NCBI GenBank assembly: GCA_048939595.1
Contig: JBHLPI010000001.1
Location: forward strand, 16,267 to 80,266
DNA: 64,000 bases
From: Promethearchaeota archaeon
GTDB taxonomy: Archaea > Asgardarchaeota > Hermodarchaeia > Hermodarchaeales > Hermodarchaeaceae
Reading direction: 5' to 3'
Positions within the stretch are counted from its first letter, which is position 1. Every line of letters starts with the position of its first letter. A program made the position numbers and the translations under genes. The notes under the pieces are model-generated. The model was not told the DNA's origin and searched no databases. It was given only the letters and a program-made list of their open reading frames with translations. This document shows positions 37,717-47,357 of the stretch, in pieces.

Positions 37717-38616
37717 GTGATAAAAGGATTCGCAGTCTTTCGCATGGACCCTAAAATTGGACCCCAATACATGTATCAGAGTGATACAATCGAGACTATT
37801 TCACACCAAGAGGTCCTAGCGATTTTTGCGACACACAATTTATTCCGCGAAGGCTTTCGAGGTGTTCATGTCAGCAATCGAACCTGGGCAACCTATGTCT
37901 TCCCTCCGTGGATTATTGCTCTACTTTTAGGACCTGATGAACCTATCGGACCCCTTCGAGAACCCATGAAGAAAATCATGGGAACCAACAAATTAGATGA
38001 GGAGCCAAAACCGGAGGATTGGAAGAATTTGTACCATGAGCTGCTGGTTGAGATTCAAAGCTCACCGGTTGCGGACTTTCTCACCTCAAAGAAGACCACG
38101 AATTTTCTTAAGGAACTGATTGAACTCGATATTCAGTATTTTGATCCACACTTCAACTTTGAGATTGGTGCAACTTATCCCGCGGCTGACCATCTCACAG
38201 GACTCCATAGTTATGATACACGATTATTCTTGGAGAAACTTACCTTGGCAGGAATCTTTACCAGTGAACCCGTGATAGGCGTTACACATTGTCCCATCTG
38301 TCTGGGATTCAAAGTAGTGAGTCGGTTAGCCTGCCCCAAATGTAGTGTGACGGCATTAGATGTGGTTCGGTTTCCCGCTTCAAAGGATTCCGACACAAAA
38401 TCGTCAGGCGCCTCAGGCAAACCTATGGAACTTTTCTATTCATGCCTTACCTGCCAACACACTACCAGCGAACCAGTTGTCACTCTGTTATGCACTGAAT
38501 GCGGATCACAATTTCAACCCGATGAAGCAGCATACCGGAATATGGATCGCCTCGTTCTGAATCGACCTATTGCCGAGTCACTAATCAAGAAGGTTGAAGA
38601 GTCGGACTCAGAATAG
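37717..38616 (+). CDS. Hypothetical protein with an N-terminal alpha/beta domain (possibly longin/roadblock-like) and two C-terminal zinc ribbons
   Basis: CPICLGF...CPKC and CLTCQH...CTECG Cys4 pairs. N-terminal MIKGFAVFRMDPKIGPQYMYQ. Convergent with a Rab-like GTPase gene. Confidence 0.4.
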   Translation: MIKGFAVFRMDPKIGPQYMYQSDTIETISHQEVLAIFATHNLFREGFRGVHVSNRTWATYVFPPWIIALLLGPDEPIGPLREPMKKIMGTNKLDEEPKPEDWKNLYHELLVEIQSSPVADFLTSKKTTNFLKELIELDIQYFDPHFNFEIGATYPAADHLTGLHSYDTRLFLEKLTLAGIFTSEPVIGVTHCPICLGFKVVSRLACPKCSVTALDVVRFPASKDSDTKSSGASGKPMELFYSCLTCQHTTSEPVVTLLCTECGSQFQPDEAAYRNMDRLVLNRPIAESLIKKVEESDSE

Positions 38617-38630
38617 GACAAAACAAAGAA

Positions 38631-39182
38631 CTATATCTTATCCCAAGGTTTTCCAGATTTTTCATACGAGGAGTAGATTTTCTTGGCAAGTGATTCAAAA
38701 ACATCACTTACATGAAAATCGTCTTTCGCACTGCTTTCAATAAATTCCATTTTCAACTGCTTCGCAGTACTTATGCCATCCTCTTCTGAAATTGCGCGTT
38801 GATCTTTCAAATCAGCTTTACAACCTACGAGCACTAACGGGATTCCTTCACACCGTTGATAGACTTGCTGGATCCAATGGTCAACTCGGTCAAAGGACTG
38901 TTGATCTGTAACATCGTAGGCAACAATTGCGCCAGCAGCACCTTCGAAGTATAAGCCCCGGATGAAATCAAAGCGTTCTTGTCCTCCTGTGTCGTAGATA
39001 ACTAATTTGATGTTTGTGTCATCCCTCAATTTGATTTGCTTGGTAAAGAAGTCGACACCTAAGGTGAAGAGGTAACTTTCATCAAATTGACCCGTTGTGT
39101 AACGGCGTGCAAGGGAGGTTTTACCGACCCCGGCATCGCCAACAACTATGACTTTGTAGACAACTTCGGCGAGTTCTTCCAT
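38631..39182 (-). CDS. Rab-family-like small GTPase (Asgard-type eukaryotic signature protein)
   Basis: G1 GDAGVGKTSL, switch I TLGVDF, G3 YDTGGQERF, G4 GCKADL and G5 SSAKD. No C-terminal Cys prenylation motif. Confidence 0.9.
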   Translation of the reverse strand: MEELAEVVYKVIVVGDAGVGKTSLARRYTTGQFDESYLFTLGVDFFTKQIKLRDDTNIKLVIYDTGGQERFDFIRGLYFEGAAGAIVAYDVTDQQSFDRVDHWIQQVYQRCEGIPLVLVGCKADLKDQRAISEEDGISTAKQLKMEFIESSAKDDFHVSDVFESLAKKIYSSYEKSGKPWDKI

Positions 39183-39402
39183 TCAATGTTCACCCGCGGG
39201 ATTCCTATTTTACCACTTTACCGACGTGCCTTTAAGTGCTTTGTGTTAAAAACTGAGTGTAGGTTGAAGTTTAGGGTATCTACAACAATCTGAGCTTATC
39301 TTCGAGGTCAGAGTGTGTTTTCTTATTGGAAGCGAAAGCCATTTTGGGTGAAAGAATGAAGTAAGGGCGTCTACAACTGACTAGTTTGCGTAGGCGTTTA
39401 TT

Positions 39403-40713
39403 ATGCCCGAAAAGAATAACCAATTCAATTTACCAGTTGACCAATTACCCCGCCAATGGTATAATCTAGCCGCGGATTTACCTGAGCCATTGCCTCCGCC
39501 AAAGGACCCAGAGGAAGGCCAATCACGTTTAGAGATGCTCCCAAAATTCTTACTCAAATCAGTCTTGGAACAAGAAAATGCCACTGAACGATGGATTGAC
39601 ATTCCTGGAGGAATTCGAGAACTCTTTATTCAAGCTGGTCGTCCACGCCCCTTAATGCGTGCCTTGCGATTAGAAAAGGCTCTGAAATTACCAGACTCCA
39701 TTCGCCTTTATTACAAGCGTGAAGACCTTTCACCAACAGGATCGCATAAGGTGAATACAGCTTTAGCCCAAACCTATTATGCAGCAAAGGAAGGATTTGA
39801 AGAAGTCACCACTGAGACGGGAGCGGGGCAATGGGGTTCGGCGCTCTCTTATGCGGCGTCACTTAACGGCCTTAACTGCCGAGTCTTTTGGGTACGGGCT
39901 GCATATCGCTGGAAACCAGGACGACGAACCCTCATGAACCTCTTTGGGGCAGACGTCTTCGCCTCACCGAGCAAAGAGACGGAGTTTGGTCAAAAACTCC
40001 TCAGAGACAACCCTCAACATGTTGGGAGTCTTGGAATAGCAATTAGCGAAGGAATTGAAGACGCTCTCAATCGTGATGGCAGCATCTATTGCCTGGGCAG
40101 TGTGCTTAGCCACGTTTTACTGCACCAGACTGTGATTGGTCTTGAAACCATTGAGCAGTTTAAAATTGCTGAAGATAATCCAACCCTCCTCGTGGGGTGT
40201 TTCGGAGGCGGGAGTAACTTTGGTGGTTTTAGCTTACCTTTTATTGGTGAAGTCTTACAGGGTAAACGCGAATGTGGCTTCTTAGCCGCACAAAGTGAAG
40301 CTGCTCCGAACCTCGTGAAGGGTGAATATATCTATGATCATGGAGATCACGCTGGACTTACTCCGTTGCTGAAAATGTATTCGCTTGGTCATGATGTTGA
40401 ATTGCCACAAATTTGGGCGGAAGGGATTCGCTATTCCGCCGCAGCACCAATCATGAGTGCAGTACGAAAACTTGGTTTACTTGATGCAGTAGCATACCCG
40501 GTTGATGAAGTTCATGTCTATTCCCAAGCTCGCCGGTTCATACAAACGGAAGGGTTCATACCAGCACCAGAATCTTCCTATGGCGTCTGTGCTGCAATCG
40601 ATAAAGCTCTTGAATACAAGGAGAAGAAAAAAGATGCTGTGATAGCGTTTAACGTATCAGGACATGGCTTCTTAGATATGCAGGCATTCGCAAAACCACT
40701 TAAACTCGAATGA
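39403..40713 (+). CDS. trpB2: TrpB2-type tryptophan synthase beta-like PLP enzyme
   Basis: PLP-lysine motif TGSHKVNTAL, a TrpB2-type N-terminal extension, and a 436-aa length. Confidence 0.8.
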   Translation: MPEKNNQFNLPVDQLPRQWYNLAADLPEPLPPPKDPEEGQSRLEMLPKFLLKSVLEQENATERWIDIPGGIRELFIQAGRPRPLMRALRLEKALKLPDSIRLYYKREDLSPTGSHKVNTALAQTYYAAKEGFEEVTTETGAGQWGSALSYAASLNGLNCRVFWVRAAYRWKPGRRTLMNLFGADVFASPSKETEFGQKLLRDNPQHVGSLGIAISEGIEDALNRDGSIYCLGSVLSHVLLHQTVIGLETIEQFKIAEDNPTLLVGCFGGGSNFGGFSLPFIGEVLQGKRECGFLAAQSEAAPNLVKGEYIYDHGDHAGLTPLLKMYSLGHDVELPQIWAEGIRYSAAAPIMSAVRKLGLLDAVAYPVDEVHVYSQARRFIQTEGFIPAPESSYGVCAAIDKALEYKEKKKDAVIAFNVSGHGFLDMQAFAKPLKLE

Positions 40714-40746
40714 ATCAAAAGGTAACTATCGCATTCAAAATTCAGT

Positions 40747-41154
40747 TCAGGAACTGGATTCGGTCTTTTCCAGTTCTTGGATGAATTCTTTAATGCTAAT
40801 CCCATACTGTTCAATTTGTTCGCCCATATATCGTGCACGTTGAGGAAGATCGATGAGTTGTTCACCCATTTCCCTTAAATCAAGCGAATTCAACATGTTA
40901 ATACGATCAAATAGCGGATGGCTTCGCTTGCGTAGTGTTTGCACCATATCATCCATCCGCGCCTGGACATCTAGCATGATTGCCGAAGCTTCTTTAGCTG
41001 ATGTCTTTTGACCCTGAAACTCACCATAAGGAAATAGGAGCCGCCATGCTACATTTCGGCTTTTTGGTCGCGTGATTTCATCTAATTTCTCAAGTGTCTT
41101 ATTTAGTAGATTTATGATGTGGCGTAGTTGCTTCAGGATTAACTCATAGCCCAA
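40747..41154 (-). CDS. Hypothetical alpha-helical protein
   Basis: ORF only; no recognisable family. Confidence 0.3.
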   Translation of the reverse strand: MGYELILKQLRHIINLLNKTLEKLDEITRPKSRNVAWRLLFPYGEFQGQKTSAKEASAIMLDVQARMDDMVQTLRKRSHPLFDRINMLNSLDLREMGEQLIDLPQRARYMGEQIEQYGISIKEFIQELEKTESSS

Positions 41155-41188
41155 TGTTGATACACAACCAATGCTACGTTGTCAGTGG

Positions 41189-42241
41189 TTAGGATTTAGC
41201 CTTTTCCTTTAATTTAGAGGCAGGATCAAAGTCTAAGTGAAGTGGAGGTCGCGGGAACCAACATGCCACCCAGTGACCTGGTTCAAGTTCTTCTAGAAGG
41301 GGTTCATCTTGGCGACATTTCTTTTGGGCAAATTCACATCGTGGCGCAAACAAGCACCCAGGAGGAGTATTAATCGGACTTCCAGGTTCTCCAGGGAGCA
41401 CTTTTCGTTTTCGCTGACTGGTGGGGTCAGGGGAAGGCACCGCGGAAATGAGTGCTTGGCTATAAGGGTGAACTGACCCGCGAATGACTTGATCAATGCT
41501 TCCCTTTTCCATGATTTTACCTAGATACATGATTGCGATCTTATCTCCGATATAACTGGCGACGGAGAGGTCATGGGTAACATAGATATACGCGATATGG
41601 AATTCGCGTCGGATTTTTTCAAGTAGATTTAGAATTTCAGACCGAATAGAAACATCGAGCATGGAGACTGGTTCGTCAGCAACAATGAATTCGGGGTTCA
41701 CAACGATTGCGCGTGCAATGGCGACTCGTTGACGTTGTCCGCCACTGAGTTCGTGAGGATAACGGAAGGTGAACTCCTCGGCGGGAACAAGTTGAACAGC
41801 TTCAAGTGCTCGCACTACCCGTTGTTCTTCGTCTGCACCGTCTTCTGCTATTTTGTTCAACCGAAGTGGTTCTGCAATAGTATCATAAAGACTCAGCCTA
41901 GGATTCAGCGAGGAATAGGGATCCTGGAAAATCGTTTGCATCTTCGCTCTGAGTTTTCGAAGACGACGTCGACTGATTTTATTGAGGTCCTCTCCTTCAA
42001 AAATAACTGTACCATCAGTGGGTTCAATTAATCCGACCAGTAATTTCCCGGTAGTTGTTTTCCCACATCCGGATTCGCCTGCAAGGCAGTAGAGTTCCTC
42101 GGGAAAAACATCTAAATCAACTCCGTCAACAGCCTTAAGATATGTTTCTCCACCAATGAGTTGAGAGAAGAAGCCTGAACTGACTTGGAACCATTTTCGA
42201 AGTCCACGGCAAGAGATAACGGGTTCTTGTGCTTTAGCCAT
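41189..42241 (-). CDS. oppF: Oligopeptide/dipeptide ABC transporter ATP-binding protein (OppF/DppF-type)
   Basis: Walker A GESGCGKTT, signature LSGGQRQRVAIARA, Walker B IVADEP, and a C-terminal oligopeptide-transporter domain. Confidence 0.9.
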   Translation of the reverse strand: MAKAQEPVISCRGLRKWFQVSSGFFSQLIGGETYLKAVDGVDLDVFPEELYCLAGESGCGKTTTGKLLVGLIEPTDGTVIFEGEDLNKISRRRLRKLRAKMQTIFQDPYSSLNPRLSLYDTIAEPLRLNKIAEDGADEEQRVVRALEAVQLVPAEEFTFRYPHELSGGQRQRVAIARAIVVNPEFIVADEPVSMLDVSIRSEILNLLEKIRREFHIAYIYVTHDLSVASYIGDKIAIMYLGKIMEKGSIDQVIRGSVHPYSQALISAVPSPDPTSQRKRKVLPGEPGSPINTPPGCLFAPRCEFAQKKCRQDEPLLEELEPGHWVACWFPRPPLHLDFDPASKLKEKAKS

Positions 42242-43245
42242 TATTTGACCTCCTGTTTACCTGGGGACCATTTGTCATCTTTGATTTTTCCGCTCGCGAG
42301 GTGACACGCGGCTTTGTGTCCCGGACTTACCTGTTGTAATAGGGGATCCTCTATTTTGCACAGGTCCTGGGCATACATACATCGAGGATGGAAGCGACAC
42401 CCGGGAGGAGGGTCTAAGAGATTCGGAGGGGACCCAGGAATTGATGCGAGGGTTTGGTCACTGGATTTTTCGATTGAGGGAATAGAAGCAATTAATCCCT
42501 GAGCGTAGGGATGCCAAGGCTTTTGGAAGATTTCTAAAACTGAACCTGTTTCGACAATTTTACCTGCATACATGATAATGACATTATTGCAGGTTTCTGC
42601 AACTACAGAAAGGTCATGTGTAATCAGCATAAGAGTGATGCCTAATTCTTTGACCAGTTTCTTGAGTAATTGCATAATTTGTGCTTGAACAGTAACATCG
42701 AGGGCTGTTGTAGGTTCATCGGCTATGAGAAACTTTGGATCACAAGCTAAAGCCATGACAATCATCGCACGTTGTTTCATTCCGCCACTAAATTCAAAGG
42801 GATAATGGTCAACTCGGTCAGGATCCATACCCACTAGTCTGAAGAGGTCTTTGGTTTTTTCATGAGCAGCCTCTTTTCCGAGTTCTGGATCATGCTTCAG
42901 CATAGCTTCGGTTACTTGGTCGCTAACGCGGAGAATAGGATTGAGCGCATTCATTGCACCTTGGAAGACCATAGCGATTTGGGTCCAGCGAAAGTTCCGC
43001 ATCTCCTCAGCATCTAAAGTAGCAATATCTACATCATTAAAATAGATGTGTCCACCAATGATCTCTCCTGGATCAGGTAACATGCGAAGAATGGCAAAAG
43101 CGACAGTACTTTTCCCACAGCCGGACTCGCCTACAAGCCCAACGGAATCACCTGCTTCAATTTTAAATGTGACATCTTCGACTGCTTTACAGTCTCCACG
43201 TTGCATACAATAGTATACTACAAGATTTTCTACGCGCAATGACAT
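42241..43245 (-). CDS. oppD: Oligopeptide/dipeptide ABC transporter ATP-binding protein (OppD/DppD-type)
   Basis: GESGCGKST, FSGGMKQRAMIVMAL and LIADEPTTALD motifs. Confidence 0.9.
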   Translation of the reverse strand: MSLRVENLVVYYCMQRGDCKAVEDVTFKIEAGDSVGLVGESGCGKSTVAFAILRMLPDPGEIIGGHIYFNDVDIATLDAEEMRNFRWTQIAMVFQGAMNALNPILRVSDQVTEAMLKHDPELGKEAAHEKTKDLFRLVGMDPDRVDHYPFEFSGGMKQRAMIVMALACDPKFLIADEPTTALDVTVQAQIMQLLKKLVKELGITLMLITHDLSVVAETCNNVIIMYAGKIVETGSVLEIFQKPWHPYAQGLIASIPSIEKSSDQTLASIPGSPPNLLDPPPGCRFHPRCMYAQDLCKIEDPLLQQVSPGHKAACHLASGKIKDDKWSPGKQEVK

Positions 43246-43256
43246 CGTGTTCTCAC

Positions 43257-44768
43257 CTATAATTTCCTGAGTCGTGGATTGAGCGCTTTATCTACGGCAT
43301 ACCCTATAAAGATGAACCCCATAGAGAGCAGTGCAATACAAAGTCCAGGAGGCATGAAGAACCACCAAGCAGGTGGAATCTGTGTCAAGGCAGCTTGATT
43401 ATAGGCAGCCTGTAACATTCGACCCCAAGATACAAGATTTTGGGGTGTCAATCCGAGAAAGCTTAGTCCAGCTTCGGAAAGTATCGCTCCAGAAACACCT
43501 GTAGCCAATTGAACGAAGACAATTGTCAACACATTCGGGAATACATGGCGAAAGACTAAGTAGACATCACCTGCACCGGCAGCTTTAGCTGCTTCTACAT
43601 AGGCTTTTTCTTTTTCAACAAGTACTTGCGAACGAATTACTCGGGCAGGTCCAGGCCACGCGAATAAAGCAATTACAAAAACTGTGATTGGTAGACTTGG
43701 CCTCAGAATGGCAGATAAGATCATCATGACTGGTAATGTTGGCATGATGATAAAGAAATCCGTTACTCGCATTGCAGCCTCATCGACAGAGCCTCCAAAG
43801 TATCCAGCTGCGAGACCAAGGATTAGCCCAACTGCTACGCCAATAAATGTAGCGACAATGCCTATAAAGAGTGAAACTTGGGCCCCCCAGAATAGTTGTG
43901 CCATGACATCCTGCCCTCGATCAGTTGTGCCTAATGGCCCCCAAAAATCGCTATAACCCCAGAGCTGTATATCATCAGACCATAGATTCACTGTCCCAAC
44001 CTGGTCTTTATTGACTTCACTCTGCTGGAATTCCATAAAAACACGAATGGTAATTTCCTGATTTGGTTGTAATGCCCTAGTCATTACTTGACTAGTGAGA
44101 ATGTTTGTAAATGTCTGCCAGTTTCGAGGATAGGCTGGTTGAAGCCGAAAGGTGTATTGGCCCGGCGTAATGATAGGATCATCAAGGTTTTCATTTCTAA
44201 TTTGATAATAAATCAATACTGCATTATCTGTCAGATTCCCAGATATTTCGGCTTTGGATGTAAAATAAAGATAGGCCAATGCCGGAGGTATATGTTCCCA
44301 AGAAAAAGTAATGTCAGCATATATGCGTTGTCCGTTATATGTTTCATTATTTGAAGCATCTGTAAGCTGCAGAACTAATGATCGATTTGTACCTGATATG
44401 CTGCCAGTAAAATCGGTAGTATCGTAATACCAAGAAGCTTGCGGAGATGAGGCATTCACTGTCCAAGATGTATCAAAATCGAAGAATGGATCGGGAACAA
44501 AGTTTTGGCCAGGAGGATAATCGACCCGGTTTCCTAAATCACCTGGAGAGGTCCATGACATCCACTGGGGAGCAGCATAGTCTGGCCCCACCCGAACTAA
44601 CACTCCTGGATATAATGGAAATAAGGTGGGGGCAAGTAAAGCCATGAAAAAAAACAAGATTACAACAAGAAGCCCAAAAAGACCTTGTTTCACTTCCCGA
44701 TACCGCTTCCAAACACCTTGTGCACGTTCAAGCATTGAAAGCCGATGTTTGAGTTGTGTTCCACTCAT
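43257..44768 (-). CDS. oppC: Opp/Dpp ABC transporter permease (OppC-type) with a roughly 270-aa N-terminal extracytoplasmic Asn/Ser/Thr-rich domain
   Basis: C-terminal BPD-transporter core (IMPTLPVMMILSAILRPSLP...PGPARVIRSQVL). The N-terminal insert carries several N-x-S/T sequons. Confidence 0.8.
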   Translation of the reverse strand: MSGTQLKHRLSMLERAQGVWKRYREVKQGLFGLLVVILFFFMALLAPTLFPLYPGVLVRVGPDYAAPQWMSWTSPGDLGNRVDYPPGQNFVPDPFFDFDTSWTVNASSPQASWYYDTTDFTGSISGTNRSLVLQLTDASNNETYNGQRIYADITFSWEHIPPALAYLYFTSKAEISGNLTDNAVLIYYQIRNENLDDPIITPGQYTFRLQPAYPRNWQTFTNILTSQVMTRALQPNQEITIRVFMEFQQSEVNKDQVGTVNLWSDDIQLWGYSDFWGPLGTTDRGQDVMAQLFWGAQVSLFIGIVATFIGVAVGLILGLAAGYFGGSVDEAAMRVTDFFIIMPTLPVMMILSAILRPSLPITVFVIALFAWPGPARVIRSQVLVEKEKAYVEAAKAAGAGDVYLVFRHVFPNVLTIVFVQLATGVSGAILSEAGLSFLGLTPQNLVSWGRMLQAAYNQAALTQIPPAWWFFMPPGLCIALLSMGFIFIGYAVDKALNPRLRKL

Positions 44769-44989
44769 ACAGTGATCACCTAAAGGGATATCTTTTGCTT
44801 ATGCTTTTTTCAGTATAGACAGTCCGAACCTGTTTAAAAGTTATATTAAGTTGACGGTAAGTGCACCAAATATATAGCTCCCATAACGACGAATGGAAAA
44901 CACTATCAGCCCAGGCTACTGAAACTTAATCCAATTGAAATATTTTATATGAACACCATATTTTCAAAAATTACGAGATATTCTCCGGT

Positions 44990-45247
44990 TTAAGAAGAAA
45001 CAGGGTCCATACGTGGTTGGAGAAGATATCTTTCGGTCAACCAGAGATATAGTAGGCTAATCAATGAAAAAGCAATAAGAATGAGACCAATCCAAATAAC
45101 CACAATTCCACCGAAGCTTATGAAAGACAATAGTATTCCGGCAATAATTATGATAATGCCAATTACAATAAACCATTTCAATGTCGGTTTTGTTTCCATC
45201 AGTGAACGAAAACTCAATTGTTCAGGCATTATCTTTTTGCCCCACAT
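44990..45247 (-). CDS. Small hydrophobic membrane protein, hypothetical
   Basis: Two transmembrane helices; ORF only. Confidence 0.3.
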   Translation of the reverse strand: MWGKKIMPEQLSFRSLMETKPTLKWFIVIGIIIIIAGILLSFISFGGIVVIWIGLILIAFSLISLLYLWLTERYLLQPRMDPVSS

Positions 45248-45352
45248 TTTTTCTTATTGAATGTTCTAATCTATAGAACAGCGTAGCTATAATACCTCTT
45301 CAGTTAATTTTATTAGTATTAGCATTTCAGGTCTTTCTCAATCAGAAGTGAA

Positions 45353-46384
45353 GTGAGAATTATGGGACTACGTAGCTATCTAATCAAGCGTATCATTATT
45401 GCCATAGTCCTTTTTATTGCGGTCATCATATTCAACTTCTTTCTTTTCCGATTGCCTGTTTTTATCTTCGGAATTGATCCCGCATACCTCTATATTACTC
45501 CGGGTATGGACCCAAGAGCCATTGAAGGGATTCGTCGATTATACCAACTTCCGCCAGCTAATGCGACTTGGTATGATTGGTTTCTCCATTTCGTGTCATA
45601 TATGCGAAATATGTTTACTCTTCAGTTTGGTATTAGTTTCAGCTCCGGAAGACCTGTTGCCGCTGACATAATGGAACGCCTTCCTAACACACTACTTCTA
45701 ATGGGTACTTCCACACTCTTTGCTGTAATACTAGGTGTAGTAATAGGGATTATTGCAGCAAGTCGGCATGGTGGAGCTTTAGACACAGGACTAATTACAT
45801 TTAGTTTGACCATGTATAGCCTACCCGTATTTTGGTTAGGCATGTCTTTTCTACTAGCCTTCTCTGTTCTTCCACAAATTTATCTTGGATTCCCCTTATT
45901 CCCACTTGGACATACAACAAGTCCCCCTGGCTCAATTCCCAATGACCCGATATCCTATTCTCTTGACGTGGCGTGGCATCTAGTACTACCTGCATTGACC
46001 TTGACATTAGCATTTTTTGGAGGATACATGCTGCTTATGCGCAATACATTAGTTGACGTATTGACAGAAGACTATATTCTAACAGCTCGTGCAAAAGGTC
46101 TAGAAGAACGCACCGTTCTATACAAGCACGGAGTACGTAACGCGTTTCTACCCCTAATCTCTCTAATCGCGATTAACTTCGCATTTATCATAAGTGGAGC
46201 AATTCTCACTGAAACCGTGTTCATATGGCTGGGGATGGGCCGTCTACTATATGCGTCATTAACCGCAAATGATTGGCCAGTGGCACAAGGCATATTCTTC
46301 ATGATAGCAGCTACAGTCATTATCGCTAATATCATCGCTGATATCCTTTACGGGGTTCTTGATCCACGAATAAAATATGGATGA
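45353..46384 (+). CDS. oppB: Opp/Dpp ABC transporter permease (OppB-type)
   Basis: ARAKGLEERTVLYKHGVRNAFLPLIS permease signature and a C-terminal YGVLDPRI. Confidence 0.85.
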   Translation: MRIMGLRSYLIKRIIIAIVLFIAVIIFNFFLFRLPVFIFGIDPAYLYITPGMDPRAIEGIRRLYQLPPANATWYDWFLHFVSYMRNMFTLQFGISFSSGRPVAADIMERLPNTLLLMGTSTLFAVILGVVIGIIAASRHGGALDTGLITFSLTMYSLPVFWLGMSFLLAFSVLPQIYLGFPLFPLGHTTSPPGSIPNDPISYSLDVAWHLVLPALTLTLAFFGGYMLLMRNTLVDVLTEDYILTARAKGLEERTVLYKHGVRNAFLPLISLIAINFAFIISGAILTETVFIWLGMGRLLYASLTANDWPVAQGIFFMIAATVIIANIIADILYGVLDPRIKYG

Positions 46385-46415
46385 TCTAGCGTCAATAATT
46401 AATTGAGGACAAACA

Positions 46416-46835
46416 ATGTCGTATTTAAAAAGACGCATTGTTTTTACCGGATATGCGATAGTCGGAGCTGTAGTTATAACTACTTCAATTCTTCACGCTT
46501 CCTATACAAACATCATCCCAGGTTTAAATCAACTTGCATTTATTTTACTCTTCATTCCATCGCTCTTCCTTGGAATTATATGCATTGAATTCAAGGACAC
46601 AATGATTGCTATGCTAGCTACAATTATTATTTCCGTTTTTCTTATAGCTCTCGCACGATCAGCTCCAGTGTTTTTTGGGATTATTACTGAAACCGCCCCA
46701 TTTTTCATAATCTCTCAATTTGCATTAACCCTTCCCCTATTCTTCCCTCTTGTGCTCATCTTTACCTTAGGCACTGTGGCAGGCTTACTCTTCAATGAAT
46801 TTATAATAGAGCCACGAACTGAGGATTTGATATAA
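46416..46835 (+). CDS. Small membrane protein, hypothetical
   Basis: Four hydrophobic helices; ORF only. Confidence 0.3.
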   Translation: MSYLKRRIVFTGYAIVGAVVITTSILHASYTNIIPGLNQLAFILLFIPSLFLGIICIEFKDTMIAMLATIIISVFLIALARSAPVFFGIITETAPFFIISQFALTLPLFFPLVLIFTLGTVAGLLFNEFIIEPRTEDLI

Positions 46836-46878
46836 CAAAGATGAAGAATTCCATGAAATACATGAATGTGATAAAGCA

Positions 46879-47181
46879 ATGTCGAAAAAGCGCGAAGTAA
46901 AAGTTGTTTACCGTCGGTGGACCTTAATAATTCCAGTTCTCTTATTGATACTTGGAAGCATCCTGATGTTTGTTTTCTGGTCGATTAACACAATAATTTC
47001 ACTCTTTGGAGGTATGTTAATCCTAATCGGACTACTTTCGTTTGGTCTTCTATTGGTCATGGTTATATCCCTTGAACTCAGCACGCGCAGCCTGCAACAT
47101 AAAAGACCAATACCTCCGCCTCTAAGTGAGGACTTTAAAAAAGCAGAACGCGAAAAGGATGCTCACAAGCAAAAAGAATAA
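46879..47181 (+). CDS. Small membrane protein, hypothetical
   Basis: Two transmembrane helices and a charged C-terminal tail. Confidence 0.3.
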   Translation: MSKKREVKVVYRRWTLIIPVLLLILGSILMFVFWSINTIISLFGGMLILIGLLSFGLLLVMVISLELSTRSLQHKRPIPPPLSEDFKKAEREKDAHKQKE

Positions 47182-47357
47182 TTCAACTTGACACCCTGCA
47201 ATAATGGCGTATCAGAGCGTCTCTTGCCATTAGAAAAAAGGAAATTCATGGTGTACTCGCCTATACCATAGCGTATATATATCTCTTAATAGGATGAAAA
47301 CTGACCTTTAGCGGCAGTGCTAAATCTGCATGGCCGCAAGGGCAATTAACGGAAGGA

